A stretch of 64,000 nucleotides of DNA, taken from Octopus sinensis (taxonomy: Eukaryota). The number at the start of each line of letters is the position of its first letter. The stretch's first letter is position 1. Positions 24,889-36,289 of the stretch are shown in pieces. The notes beneath the pieces are model-generated. The model saw only the letters and a list, made by a program, of their open reading frames with translations. It did no database searches and was not told where the DNA came from. Both the position numbers and the translations under genes were made by a program. The stretch spans positions 15,810,001 through 15,874,000 of the forward strand of contig NC_043012.1 in the NCBI RefSeq assembly GCF_006345805.1, written 5' to 3'.

Positions 24889-24974
24889 CAAAACATCCAG
24901 ATTGACGATACAAAAACAATCAAAGACGGGTCATACGAAGTTTTCTATCCTCAGTCAAGAACCGGATCATCCTT

Positions 24975-25180
24975 GCAATTTCGGCTGATATATATGTCGC
25001 CATGATAGATCGGTAGCCACTACACACATTTCTTTCACTCCTTGTTCTCTCCTTGTTTCTTTCTGTGTTCCTTTCTGTGGAAGAGCATAGGCTCGAAACG
25101 TAAAAGACTTTTTCAATTCCTGAGCGTTATACTAATACATCTGTTTGTTTTCTACACACCTGTCTTCGTCTTCTGCTTTT
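24975..25180 (+). mobile_element. Penelope-like terminal-repeat (pLTR)-type cassette between (TA)n tracts
   Basis: Pyrimidine-rich segment with a hammerhead-like core (next feature). This layout is typical of PLE ends; no ORF. Confidence 0.5.
25071..25106 (+). ncRNA. Candidate minimal type-I hammerhead ribozyme (variant core)
   Basis: CUUU-CUGUGGA-A-GAGC(AUAG)GCUC-GAA-ACGU-A-AAAG. Stem I is CUUU/AAAG, stem II is 4 bp plus a tetraloop, stem III is the palindrome ACGU, and the cleavage triplet is GUA. Core has A6->U. Confidence 0.5.
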
Positions 25181-25213
25181 TTCGTGAATTCTCCCCCCCC
25201 ATATATATATATA

Positions 25214-25301
<88 letters not shown>

Positions 25302-25304
<3 letters not shown>

Positions 25305-25660
25305 AAAATGAAAATAGTAATGCAATACGAGAGTATTGCTTTCCAGTAAAGGATAGCCCGTGAGGGTAAAATTATACATAAAAGTAAGTAAATGGTACAA
25401 CGAAGCACCGATAATGGATAATGCAGTACTGGTTTCGGATTTTCAAAATACGCTTGCCAAACGTATACTGCATTATCCATTATCTAGGTTTTTCCTTTTT
25501 CAGATGTTTTTCCTAGACGTAAGACAATTTTTTTCATGCTTGTTGCACACACGCATCGTTACTAGTACATACGCAGTGAAGCTATACATTAGCGTCGTAT
25601 TTATTACGTTCGCTATTTTCCAGTAGATATCGGTGCTTCGTTGTACCATTTATTTACTTT

Positions 25661-25667
<7 letters not shown>
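25302..25667. repeat. (TA)n-flanked cassette with nested inverted repeats
   Basis: 40-bp arms 25374-25413 / 25628-25667 (1 mismatch); perfect 19-bp arms 25410-25428 / 25466-25484; 7-bp hairpin 25322-25339. Confidence 0.85.
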
Positions 25668-25716
<49 letters not shown>

Positions 25717-25724
25717 ATATATAT

Positions 25725-26201
25725 AAATGGCAGCCATAGACTGTTTATTTCTATTTTCTACAAATGGGACTCCACATACGACATATCCCTGTAATTCACA
25801 TATGCAAAACAGAAGGAATAAATAACGAAAACAAAGTCTAATGGTCATTTGCGAACATGTTTCTAGATTAGAAATATAATTTTATATCTTTCATCAGCGC
25901 AACTCTCCATAACACTAGATTTACCAAATGCTAGGTACCTCATCCTTCTGACCAGGCGACTCTTTTGATGTCGCCTGGTCAGAAGGATGAGGTACCTAGC
26001 ATTTGATAAATCTATTCTTATGGAGAGTTGCGCTGATGAAAGATATGAAATTATATTTCTAATCTAGAAACATGTTCGCAAATGACCATTAGACTTTGTT
26101 TTCGTTATTTATTCCTTCTGTTTTGCATATGTGAATTACAGGGATATGTCGTATGTGGAGTCCCATTTGTAGAAAATAGAAATAAACAGTCTATGGCTGC
26201 C

Positions 26202-26205
<4 letters not shown>
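25725..26205. mobile_element. Foldback element: 236-bp arms, 9-nt loop, (TA)n on both sides
   Basis: Arms 25725-25960 / 25970-26205 with about 4 mismatches. The ORF track gives the same peptide start on both strands (MTIRLCFRYLF...). Confidence 0.92.
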
Positions 26206-26280
<75 letters not shown>

Positions 26281-26288
26281 TATATATA

Positions 26289-26324
<36 letters not shown>

Positions 26325-26950
26325 TGTATATATAATCACAAATAACTCTAACGAAAGTAGCGCGTTAACTCTCCAGGCATTAAATTTTTCCTCAACCGAT
26401 CGAGTTAGTAGACCAATCAACAACGAACCTATAATGACTCCTGGAAACAGAAGTCACGTTTATTACTCTAACGTAATACGTAATGACTTTCATTTATATA
26501 TATATATAAGTGTGTGTTTGTGTATATGTGTGTGTGTATACGTACTTATACTTGGTGTATGTATGTGTGTATACACAACACACACACACACACACACAAC
26601 ACACACACACCTCCTTACCCAAATTAATTCTCTCTGTTCCTTCGGTGTATGTATTCATGCAGTTTTTGTTTACTTTCCTATCTTCCTCAATATTTAACTC
26701 TCGTAATGTATTCTCCTTTTCAGCTTTATTCAGTCTTTGCACTATTTCTTACCATTACTTTTTCACTGTTTCTACCTTCGAACTGCAGAATTATGGGGTT
26801 TTTTAAAAATCTTTCCCATTTTCTATTTTCTCTGCACTTTTCTGGATCATTTCTTCAACCCCCTTTCTTCAGTTTCCTCCCAAACCTTATTAATTTTTTC
26901 TGAAATTTCATCTTTTCTTCATTATTTCTATTAGTAATCACCCTCCTTTT

Positions 26951-27345
26951 AAGGCGGGAGCTGGCAGAATCGTTAGCACGCCGGGTAAAATGGTTTGCGG
27001 AGTTTCGTCTGCCGCTACGTTCTGAGTTCAAATTCCGCCGAGGTCGACTTTGCCTTTCATCCTTTCGGGGTCGATTAAATAAGTACGAGTTACGCACTGG
27101 GGTCGATATAATCGACTTAAACCCTTTGTCTGTCCTTGTTTGTCCCCTCTGTGTTTAGCCTCTTGTGGGTAGTAAAGAAATAGGTATTTCATCTGTCTAT
27201 ATGTTCTGAGTTCAATTGACAGCAGGATCGCCCTCGCCTTTCGTCCTTTCAGGGTCGATAAAATAAGTACCAGTGGGGGTCGATGTAATCGACTTACCTC
27301 CGCCTCCGAAAGTGCTAGCCTTGTGCCAAAATCTGAAACCAGTAA
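26951..27345 (+). mobile_element. SINE family B full copy followed by an older head-less unit
   Basis: Junction aaagaaataggtatttc at 27177-27190. Confidence 0.9.
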
Positions 27346-27934
27346 TTACCCCTCCTCCATTCCATCGTGCATTCATACCATATCCTTTAACGATCTTTCT
27401 TCTTTCTTTTCCATTGTTCTTTACTTCTGCTTCGCCTCCATCATTCTCTTCGTCGGTCTCACAGATTCCATTTTCACCACTCCTTCCTTGCCTGTCCACA
27501 TGATTCTCATTCGCTGATTTTCTTTCTGGCAATTTTTTCACCCACTATCTCCCCCACACTTTTACTGCAATGCTGTATCCACACCAACCAACCAACCAAC
27601 CAAATAAACTAAAAGAGGATATAAACGATTTCTAGTCCGCATTTTCAGTATTACAGTTTATTAACTATATTAACTATTAACTATATTATTAACTATTTTA
27701 TTTATATTTATTATTATTTATATTATTATTATTATTTATTTATATTTATATTTACATTTATTATTTGAAGCAAGCAAATGATAAAAGTTAAAGAATTCAT
27801 GTTACAGAAAATTGAATATAAAACTGAAGTGAAAACTTTGATCTTGTTATAAGGCAAAAGTTAATATTGTCTGGCCTAAGGCGATGAGCTGGCGTTGTAC
27901 CAAAATTTGAAACCGATATTGGAAAAGACTGGAA

Positions 27935-28150
27935 GGTGGCGAGCTGACAGAATCGTTAGCGCACTGGGCATACTGTTTAGCGGCATTTTGTTAGTCTTTA
28001 CGATCTGAGTTCAAATTCCACTGAGGTCGATTTTGCCTTTGATCCTTTCGCGGTGAATAAAATAAGTACCAGTAGAGCACTGGGATTGATGTTATCAACG
28101 TGCTCCACCCCTGAAATTGCTGGCTTTTTGCCAAAATTTGAAGTTAATAT
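27935..28150 (+). mobile_element. Old SINE family B
   Basis: aaggtggcgagctgacagaatcgttagc...gagttcaaattccactgaggtcg. Confidence 0.85.
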
Positions 28151-28796
28151 TGTCAAGCCTACGTTGATCAGTGAACAGGGATGTTTATAGCTAGAAGAAA
28201 AATTGTGGTTTGTGTATGATGCATAATTTCTGAAACATCGAAAGGAAATAATTGAAATGGGCCGATGGTATAAATTACGATGAATCAGGTAGACTGTGTT
28301 AGTTTTTATTCGGAGAAACAACACATAAAAATCTAGCCATTTCAGTATTCTCTAAAGCATTTGAGTTGATGCCGCTGGTCATCTGAGTTATTTCGCTTAC
28401 CTTGTTTTTTGTAATTATACTTATTATACAAATTATATACTAGCTTGTAATTATACTTATTATACAAATTATATACTAGCTGAAAAATCTGTTAGTGTTT
28501 TTTATTTTTTTTTTTGTTAAAATTTCTGGCCTCTTATGAAAACGAAATATATCGAAGTATGAAATTAAGATATCTTTTAAGTTTGAAAATTCAATTTTCT
28601 GCAGAACTAATTTTTTTATTTCTTATAAATTCTTATAAACTACACTTTTATTCTTAGAGAACCGCTAACAATGACCCCAGGGTCTTTGATTTCTTTACCA
28701 ATTAGGAGGCACATTTCAATTCATTCAGAATTTTTAGCATGTGTCATTCGGGGTATCACTGCGTACTCGAATTATATAAACCTGAACCTACCTGAG

Positions 28797-29135
28797 ACAT
28801 ACATACATGCATACATGCATACATGCATACATACATGCATACATACATACATACATACATACATACATACATACATGCATACATACATACACATACATAC
28901 ATGCATACATACATCATACATACATACATACATGCATACATGGATACATACATACATGCATACATGCATACATACATACATACATACATACATAATACAT
29001 ACATACATGTATGTATGTATCTATGTGTGTACGTACATACACACACGCACACATAGACACGCACACAGACATACAGACATACACACACACAGACATACAC
29101 ACACAGGCATACACACACACACGCAAGTAAATGCG
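28797..29135. repeat. (TACA)n/(CA)n compound microsatellite
   Basis: Direct reading. Confidence 0.93.
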
Positions 29136-29508
29136 TGTGTGTGTCGGCGCGTGTAAATTTAATAGCCATTTACCAAGGTTCCTGTATACAATGATTTATT
29201 TACATTCAAACTGTTCTAGAAATACAAGTGCAATACTCAGGCACTTCTTTTATTCACAAGGATAAAAAGAAACGTATTCTTGAAACCATAGCTACAGACA
29301 CACAGTAAGCAATGCTCACGAGAATATGGGCGCATACACACAAACACACCCACAAAATCTCCATTAATTAACATCAATTGATGCTAATAGCTTCTCTCCC
29401 ATATTTATTGAAAGCATTTCATACCTTGGTATAATTGTCTTTCTACAAGTTTTACCTATTCATTTATAAGTACACTCACGTTCAAATGCACACACACACA
29501 CACACACA

Positions 29509-29556
<48 letters not shown>

Positions 29557-29855
29557 GTACATATATGAATTTCCACGTCACAAATTACATACAATAGGTT
29601 GTTAATGAAACAAGAAATATGATGAAAGTGGGATGAGCGGCATAACAGGAAGTTTCTAATATAACAGCTAATTAGAACTTAGCAGCGCATATAGGTAGGT
29701 AGTTGTTGCCGGATATATTCGATGAAAACCATTTTGATTTTGTGGGAGTTAACATCTGTGTGATGTGGAAAAAAAAAGAATGGTTTAAAAGGAACTGACC
29801 TGGAACAAAACATGCAATTGGTCAATGAAAAAAAGATAGATACTCGGTGTTATGA

Positions 29856-30100
29856 AGATGCTTATGTTCGTGTCCATCAACTTCGTAATATTGGTTTCAA
29901 ATTTTGGTACAAGGCCAGCAATTCCAGGAGAGGGAGTACGTTGATTACGTCGACCCCAGTGCTCTATTGGTACTTATTTATCGACCGCGAAAGGATGAAA
30001 GGCAAAGTCGACCTCGGCGCGATTTGAACTCACAACGTATAGACGGACGAAATGATGCTAAGCATTTTGCCTGTTGTGCTGACGATTCTGCCATCTCGCC
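29856..30100 (-). mobile_element. Old SINE family B
   Basis: Core gaaaggatgaaaggcaaagtcgacctcggc. Confidence 0.88.
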
Positions 30101-30211
30101 ATCTTATCATCTTCATAATAATGGATATGAATCTGACACATCATTAGTGATAAGGATTAGAAAATTTATTGATTTAGAAATGGGGAATACTTCTAACTAT
30201 TATCTTTTACT

Positions 30212-30535
30212 TATTTCATTCCTTAGACTACGGCCATGCTGGGGCACCGCCTTGAATAATTCTTAATCGAATTTTTTTTCAAGTCCTGATACTTATTCTA
30301 TCGATCCTTTTGCCGAACGGCTAAGTTACGGGAACGTAAACACACCAAAAACCGATTGTCAAGCGGTGGTGATCCTCACACACAGACACACACACGCACA
30401 CGCACACACACCACACACACACACACGCGCGGCTCATTTCAGTTTCTATCTACCAGATCCACTCATAGCGCTTTGGTCGGCCCGAGACAATAGTAGAAGA
30501 AGATACTTGTCCAAGATGCCACGCAATTGGACTGA
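30212..30535 (-). mobile_element. Degenerate SINE family A
   Basis: ggccatgctggggcaccgcc...gccgaacggctaagttacggg...atccactc...ctttggtcggcccgag. Confidence 0.85.
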
Positions 30536-30978
30536 GTAATAGCAATTAGTAGATTTAGAAATAATTGGACGAAATTAGTTTGACAAAACAATAGAATGTA
30601 AAGCTGAATCAGAAAATGGTATTGCACAAAATCGTATACTGTTTGTCATTTCGCAACAGTTAGGTTACGGAGCAGTTACTTATCTCTTTCAGACTGTTTC
30701 TGCTGGAGAATTGATTTTCGTCATCCAATCGAATTATACATCTTTGATGATGTGTGGATCAGGAATTACTCAATATCAGGTCATTTCCCCCGTCAGTCAT
30801 TTGTCCCAAGCAGGTTGATTTAAAATATATTTCACAACATGAAACGAACGAGATCCATCCACATTAATCAATTTGTCTGATTATTGGGTTGGAAACGTAG
30901 ACTTTTTACGTTCTGAGTTCAAATTCCACCAAGGCTGACTTTGCCTTTCATCCTTTCGAACTCGATAATGTAAATACC

Positions 30979-31936
30979 CATTTCTTTACTACCCACAAGG
31001 GGCTAACACAGAGGGACAAACAAGGACAGACAAACGGATTAGTCGATTATATCGACCTCAGTGCGTAACTGGTACTTATTTAATCGAACCCGAAAGGATG
31101 AAAGGCAAAGTCGACTCGGTGGAATTTGAACTCAGAACGTAACGGCAGGCGAAATACCCATTTCTTTACTACCCACAAGGGGCTAAACACAGAGGGGACA
31201 AACAAGGACAGACAAACGGATTAAGTCGATTATATCGACCTCAGTGCGTAACTGGTACTTATTTAATCGACCCCGAAAGGATGAAAGGCAAAGTCGACCT
31301 CGGTGGAATTTGAACTCAGAACGTAACGGCAGGCGAAATACCATTTCTTACTACCCACAAGGGGCTAACACAGAAGGGAAAACAAGGACAGACAAACGGA
31401 TTAAGTCGATTATATCGACCTCAGTGCGTAACTGGTACTTATTTAATCGACCCCGAAAGGATGAAAGGCAAAGTCGACCTCGGTGGAATTTGAACTCAGA
31501 ACGTAACGGCAGGCGAAATACCTATTTCTTTAGTACCACAAGGGGCTACACAGAGGGACAAACAAAGACAGACAAACGATTAAGTCGATTATATCGACCT
31601 CAGTGCGTAACTGGTACTTATTTAATCGACCCCGAAAGGATGAAAGGCAAAGTCGACCTCGGTGGAATTTGAACTCAGAACGTAACGGCAGGCGAAATAC
31701 CTATTTCTTTAGTACCCACAAGGGGCTAAACACAGAAGGGACAAACAAGGACAGACAAACGGATTAAGTCGATTATATCGACCCCAGTGCGTAACTGGTA
31801 CCTATTTAATCGACCCCGAAAGGATGAAAGGTAAAGTCGACCTCGGCGGAATTTGAACTTAGAACGTAGTGGCAGACGAAATACTGCTAAGCATTTCGCC
31901 CTGCGTGCTAACGTTTCTGCCAGCTCGCCGCCTTCA
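30979..31936 (-). mobile_element. SINE family B pentamer (1 full plus 4 head-less units) flanked by one 16-bp TSD
   Basis: TSD cgataatgtaaatacc at 30963-30978 and 31937-31952. Units start near 30979, 31159, 31342, 31523 and 31702. Inserted into an older plus-strand SINE B. Confidence 0.95.
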
Positions 31937-33056
31937 CGATAATGTAAATACCAGTTGAACACTGGGGGTAGATGTAACTGACTTGTCCACTCCCGCTAAA
32001 TTACTTTGTGTCAAAATTTGAAATCAGTGTTTTTCATATTTTAAGATGGACGTTTGAAAGAGGAGAATATCAGGTAATTTTGCCCGTCAGTCGTTTGTCC
32101 CATGGGTATTCATTATAAACGAACGACATCCATCCACATTAATCGATTTGTCTGATTACTGAGTTGGAAACGTAGACTCCATTTTACGGTATTTTGTTTT
32201 AGGATGGGATGTGGTAATGAAGATTTATCAATTATTTCTGAGTAGTTCGCTGATCTACAAAGACATTCATATGGTGTCATTAATTAGTGATATGGAGCTC
32301 TGTAGCACCAGTTTTACCAACCATCTCTTCCTGATACGACGGCGCCAACAAATGAAAGCACTAACCCATCTGCTGAAGAGAAATATGATCTTCTGAACTT
32401 TACAACGACGACAGGAATAATCGGTGCACTAATTAACATGATTTTATTCGTAATTGGAATCCACAAACAAGAGAACAGCCAAGCATCAGTGCCTGCCTAA
32501 CGAATCATGAAAACAGTAACAGATCTGTTAGCGAACGTAAAAACATTTGAATAGAAACACATACTTAAAACGTGTATGCATATAATGGGATTTCGACGCA
32601 CATGTGCACACAATCAATGTATTATTCACAGTCAAACAATTACTAGAATATAATTGCAATGTCCATACGCACACACGCACACACACACACACATGCAATT
32701 CACATAGTGGGCTTATTTGCTGTATTTATTACCATAATGTATTGTGTTTTACCGTCAGTCAGGACTGGTAATTAAGAATATCAGATGTTTGGAAGGATAT
32801 TCAAACAGTCAATATCTTAAACTACCGACGTCGTATTTTCCATGGAAAGAAGCATCTGTCTTTGCCGGGCGACAAACCATTCCATTGTCTGCCTAAACTG
32901 GAATAATTATGCCATTATAATCTAATACAGCTACTCTTTCCTATTTCACACGAATGTGTTTTCATAAATTCTTCTTCTTCTTCTTCTTCTTCTTCTTCTT
33001 CTTCTTCTTCTTCTCTTCTTCTTCTTCTTCTCTTCTTCTTCTTCTTCTTCTTCTTC

Positions 33057-33170
33057 CAGGCTAACAAAGAATAAGTCCTGGGGTCGATTTCTTCGACTAA
33101 AACCTCTTTAAGGTGATGCTCCAGGGTGGCTGCAGTCAAATGACTGAAACAAGTAAAAGAATAAAAGAAT
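33057..33170 (+). mobile_element. SINE family A 3' end, preceded by (TTC)n at 32969-33056
   Basis: aagaataagtcctggggtcgattt...gcagtcaaatgactgaaacaagtaaaagaataaaagaat. Confidence 0.88.
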
Positions 33171-33249
33171 ATGTACATACATACATACATACATACATAC
33201 ATACATACATGCATGCATGCATACATACATACATACATACATACATACA

Positions 33250-33285
<36 letters not shown>

Positions 33286-33401
33286 TATATGTATGTATGT
33301 ATGTAATGTATGTGTGTATGGTATGTATGTATGTATGTATGTATGTATGTATGGTATGTATGTATGTATGTATGTATGTACATATTCTTTTATTCTTTTA
33401 T

Positions 33402-33440
<39 letters not shown>

Positions 33441-33596
33441 TAACCAAATAGTAGTCAATCTCAAGGGACAGAATATGGATTAGCAGACAATGGAACTTCC
33501 ATTGTTATTCTTCAGTGATACGGAACACACGCATTTATATCTCTCTCTTTCTTTCCCTCTTTCTTTTCTTCCTCTCTTCTTCTTCACCTCTCTCTA

Positions 33597-33634
<38 letters not shown>

Positions 33635-34244
33635 GTATGTCTATATATGCATTAGTCTGTTGATACGTACATCTTCAATTAAATACGATTTAAAGTTCAA
33701 TTAACGAGTTTTCCAGGTTGTGATCACAATGAGTAAAGTTAAGCTCCGGATAAAACCATTTAGATTCCTAGTTGGTGCTAGGAATTCCACAGAAGCCGTT
33801 ATTATACTTAGAAAGGTAATGAAAGGCTATAACATTTTCTGATTTCTTATTGTTTTTGTTTCAAGCCTATTTACAAAGTTGGATAAATTTTTTTTACATT
33901 ATATTGATCTATTAGAAATGTAACGTCCACCATTGTTGTTACAAGCTTCTCGTGTATTTTGAAGGTTTTATTGAATGAAATAAAGGAAATTAAATAAATA
34001 AATGGAAATTAGTAAAATGCATTGCTTGAATTTTTTTTCTTTTGTAAAGTAAGCTCCACACATGGCTGTATCAACTGTATATCGAACAACTAATAAGAGT
34101 GTTCTTGATTTGTGTCCCATTAAAAACTCCAATCTATCTATCACTACTACGGTTGTCTCATGATCTCGTTCATCTTTCTGCAAATCGGAATCATAAGATA
34201 ACAAAGTTCATCATACAAAACATTAGAGTAAGTTAATAGGCCAG

Positions 34245-34430
34245 CAATTTCGGAGTAGGGGAATAGTCGATTCCATGGAGCCGGTGCTCGACTGGTAATT
34301 ATTTTATCGACACCGAAAGGATGAAAGACGAAGTCGATTTCGATGGAATTTGAACTAGAACGTGAAGACGTACAAGTCGCCGCTAAGCAATTTTTTCAGG
34401 TGTGCTAACGATTCTGCCAACTCACCAACT
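34245..34430 (-). mobile_element. Old SINE family B
   Basis: ccgaaaggatgaaagacgaagtcga...gtgctaacgattctgccaactcacc. Confidence 0.8.
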
Positions 34431-34555
34431 TACAGTAAGTAAATACTGCAAATCTTTTCTGATAAGTAACAATGTTCAACCCCGTTCGAGTATGCCAAAC
34501 CTTACGCAGACGACAACAATCGGATCAACAAACCGATTAGAATTCAATACAATTT

Positions 34556-34739
34556 ACTCTTTTACTCTTTTACTTGTATCAGTTATTTGTGGCCATGCTA
34601 GAGCACCGACTTTAGTCGAGCAAATCGACCTCAAGACTTATTCTTTGTAAGCTTAGTACTTATTCTATCGGTCTCTTTTGCCGAACCGCTAAGTTACAAG
34701 GACGTAAAGATACCAGCATCGGTTGTGAAGCGATTTTGG

Positions 34740-34798
<59 letters not shown>

Positions 34799-34896
34799 AA
34801 ATAGTAGTCAATCTCAAGAATATGGATTAGTAGACAATGGCACTTCCATTGATACGGAACACAAACATTTATATCTCTCCCTCTTTCTTTTCTCTA

Positions 34897-34931
<35 letters not shown>

Positions 34932-35090
34932 CATATATACGACGGGCTTCTTTGCCAAATCCACTCACAAGGCTTTGGTCGGTCCGAGGCTATAGTTGAA
35001 GACACTTGCCTAAGGTGCCACGTAGTGGGACTAAACCCGAAACCATGTGGTTAGTAAGCAAGCTACATACCACACAGCCATTCCTATGCC
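34556..35090 (-). mobile_element. SINE family A with a foreign 102-bp insert in its internal microsatellite
   Basis: 3' half at 34556-34740 and 5' half at 34940-35090. Insert at 34797-34898. Confidence 0.9.
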
Positions 35091-35928
35091 TACATAAATC
35101 TCCATGAAAAGAAGAATATTATAGAATATTCTGTGTAGTCAAGACATGGTTCGCCTTACTATCAAACGAAATCAGATTCAATAACCGCATATCAGTGTAC
35201 ATTTCTTGCCTGATTCCAGTATAGTTTGAGCTTAGAATTAAACTGACGATGCTACTGTTATGATATGTTTTGAGATTGTATTCATTCAATGATAAAGAAA
35301 ATAAATTTAGAAAGTTTACTTTAATATTCTGGTTTGTTGTTAACACATTTATTTATTTTCTGGTAGTTTAACATTTAATTACAAATTCTATAATTCATTA
35401 CCTAAAACCAATTGACGTAATTCATTTCTTCTATTCAATGTCTAAGGGGTATTTTAACCTGGTATTTTGGATTCGTTGTACAGGTCATTTATGGATGTGT
35501 TGCGTTCAGCTTGTTATATGGAAATACGTTTTAATGATTTGTAATTCGTTCCTTTCTCTAAAAGAAGTTCCATTTAATGATTTAAGAAGTTCTACTTAAT
35601 GAGGTATTTAATGGATCACTTTATCGATTCCACGGTTCGATTATATTTTGAAAGAATTTCTAATGGTTTGTAGTTTTCTTCCTAACATTGTTATCATTGT
35701 GTAGAACAACTGTAGTTAATTAAATTCTTTTCACTAATTTCACTAATTATAAGTGTATTTAATATACGCCATCGCGAAACTCGCTCTCCTCATCCCTCCT
35801 GGACTTGCATGTCCTTCTCCCACACGTCACCATTGCATAACATGATAATATGGGGCAAATACAATCACGCGGTACTCCAGAGTCGATTTCGTAGCAGTTA
35901 GATATAAAAAAAAGGGATTATACATTAG

Positions 35929-35929
<1 letters not shown>

Positions 35930-35967
<38 letters not shown>

Positions 35968-35984
35968 CACACACACACACACCA

Positions 35985-36031
<47 letters not shown>

Positions 36032-36175
36032 ACACACACACACACACTCACACACACACACACACTCACACACACACACACTCTCACACACACACACACA
36101 CACTCACACACACACACACTCACACACACACACACACACACACACGCACGCACGCAAATACACACACACACACAT
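35930..36175. repeat. Long interrupted (CA)n
   Basis: Direct reading. Confidence 0.96.
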
Positions 36176-36289
36176 AAAGAAATCGTTAATTAATTGGAAA
36201 AAGAAAACAGCAATAATATCAATTATGATGTTTCTTCAAATGCATTGTTTCTAATTAAGGAATACGCCAACAATGTTTTTCAGGGTGGA

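Noticed and set aside
26030-26060. CTGATGA...GAAA in the foldback arm as a hammerhead
   Set aside because: No stem II pairing and no valid stem III/NUH.
28475-29160. Minus-strand non-autonomous Helitron (actagct end, TACA tract)
   Set aside because: No clear 3' hairpin or 5' TC terminus, so it is left uncalled. A 36-bp tandem duplication at 28409-28480 was noted.
31145-31165. Hammerhead at the SINE multimer junction (GAAAUACC..AUUUC)
   Set aside because: No CUGANGA core upstream on either strand.
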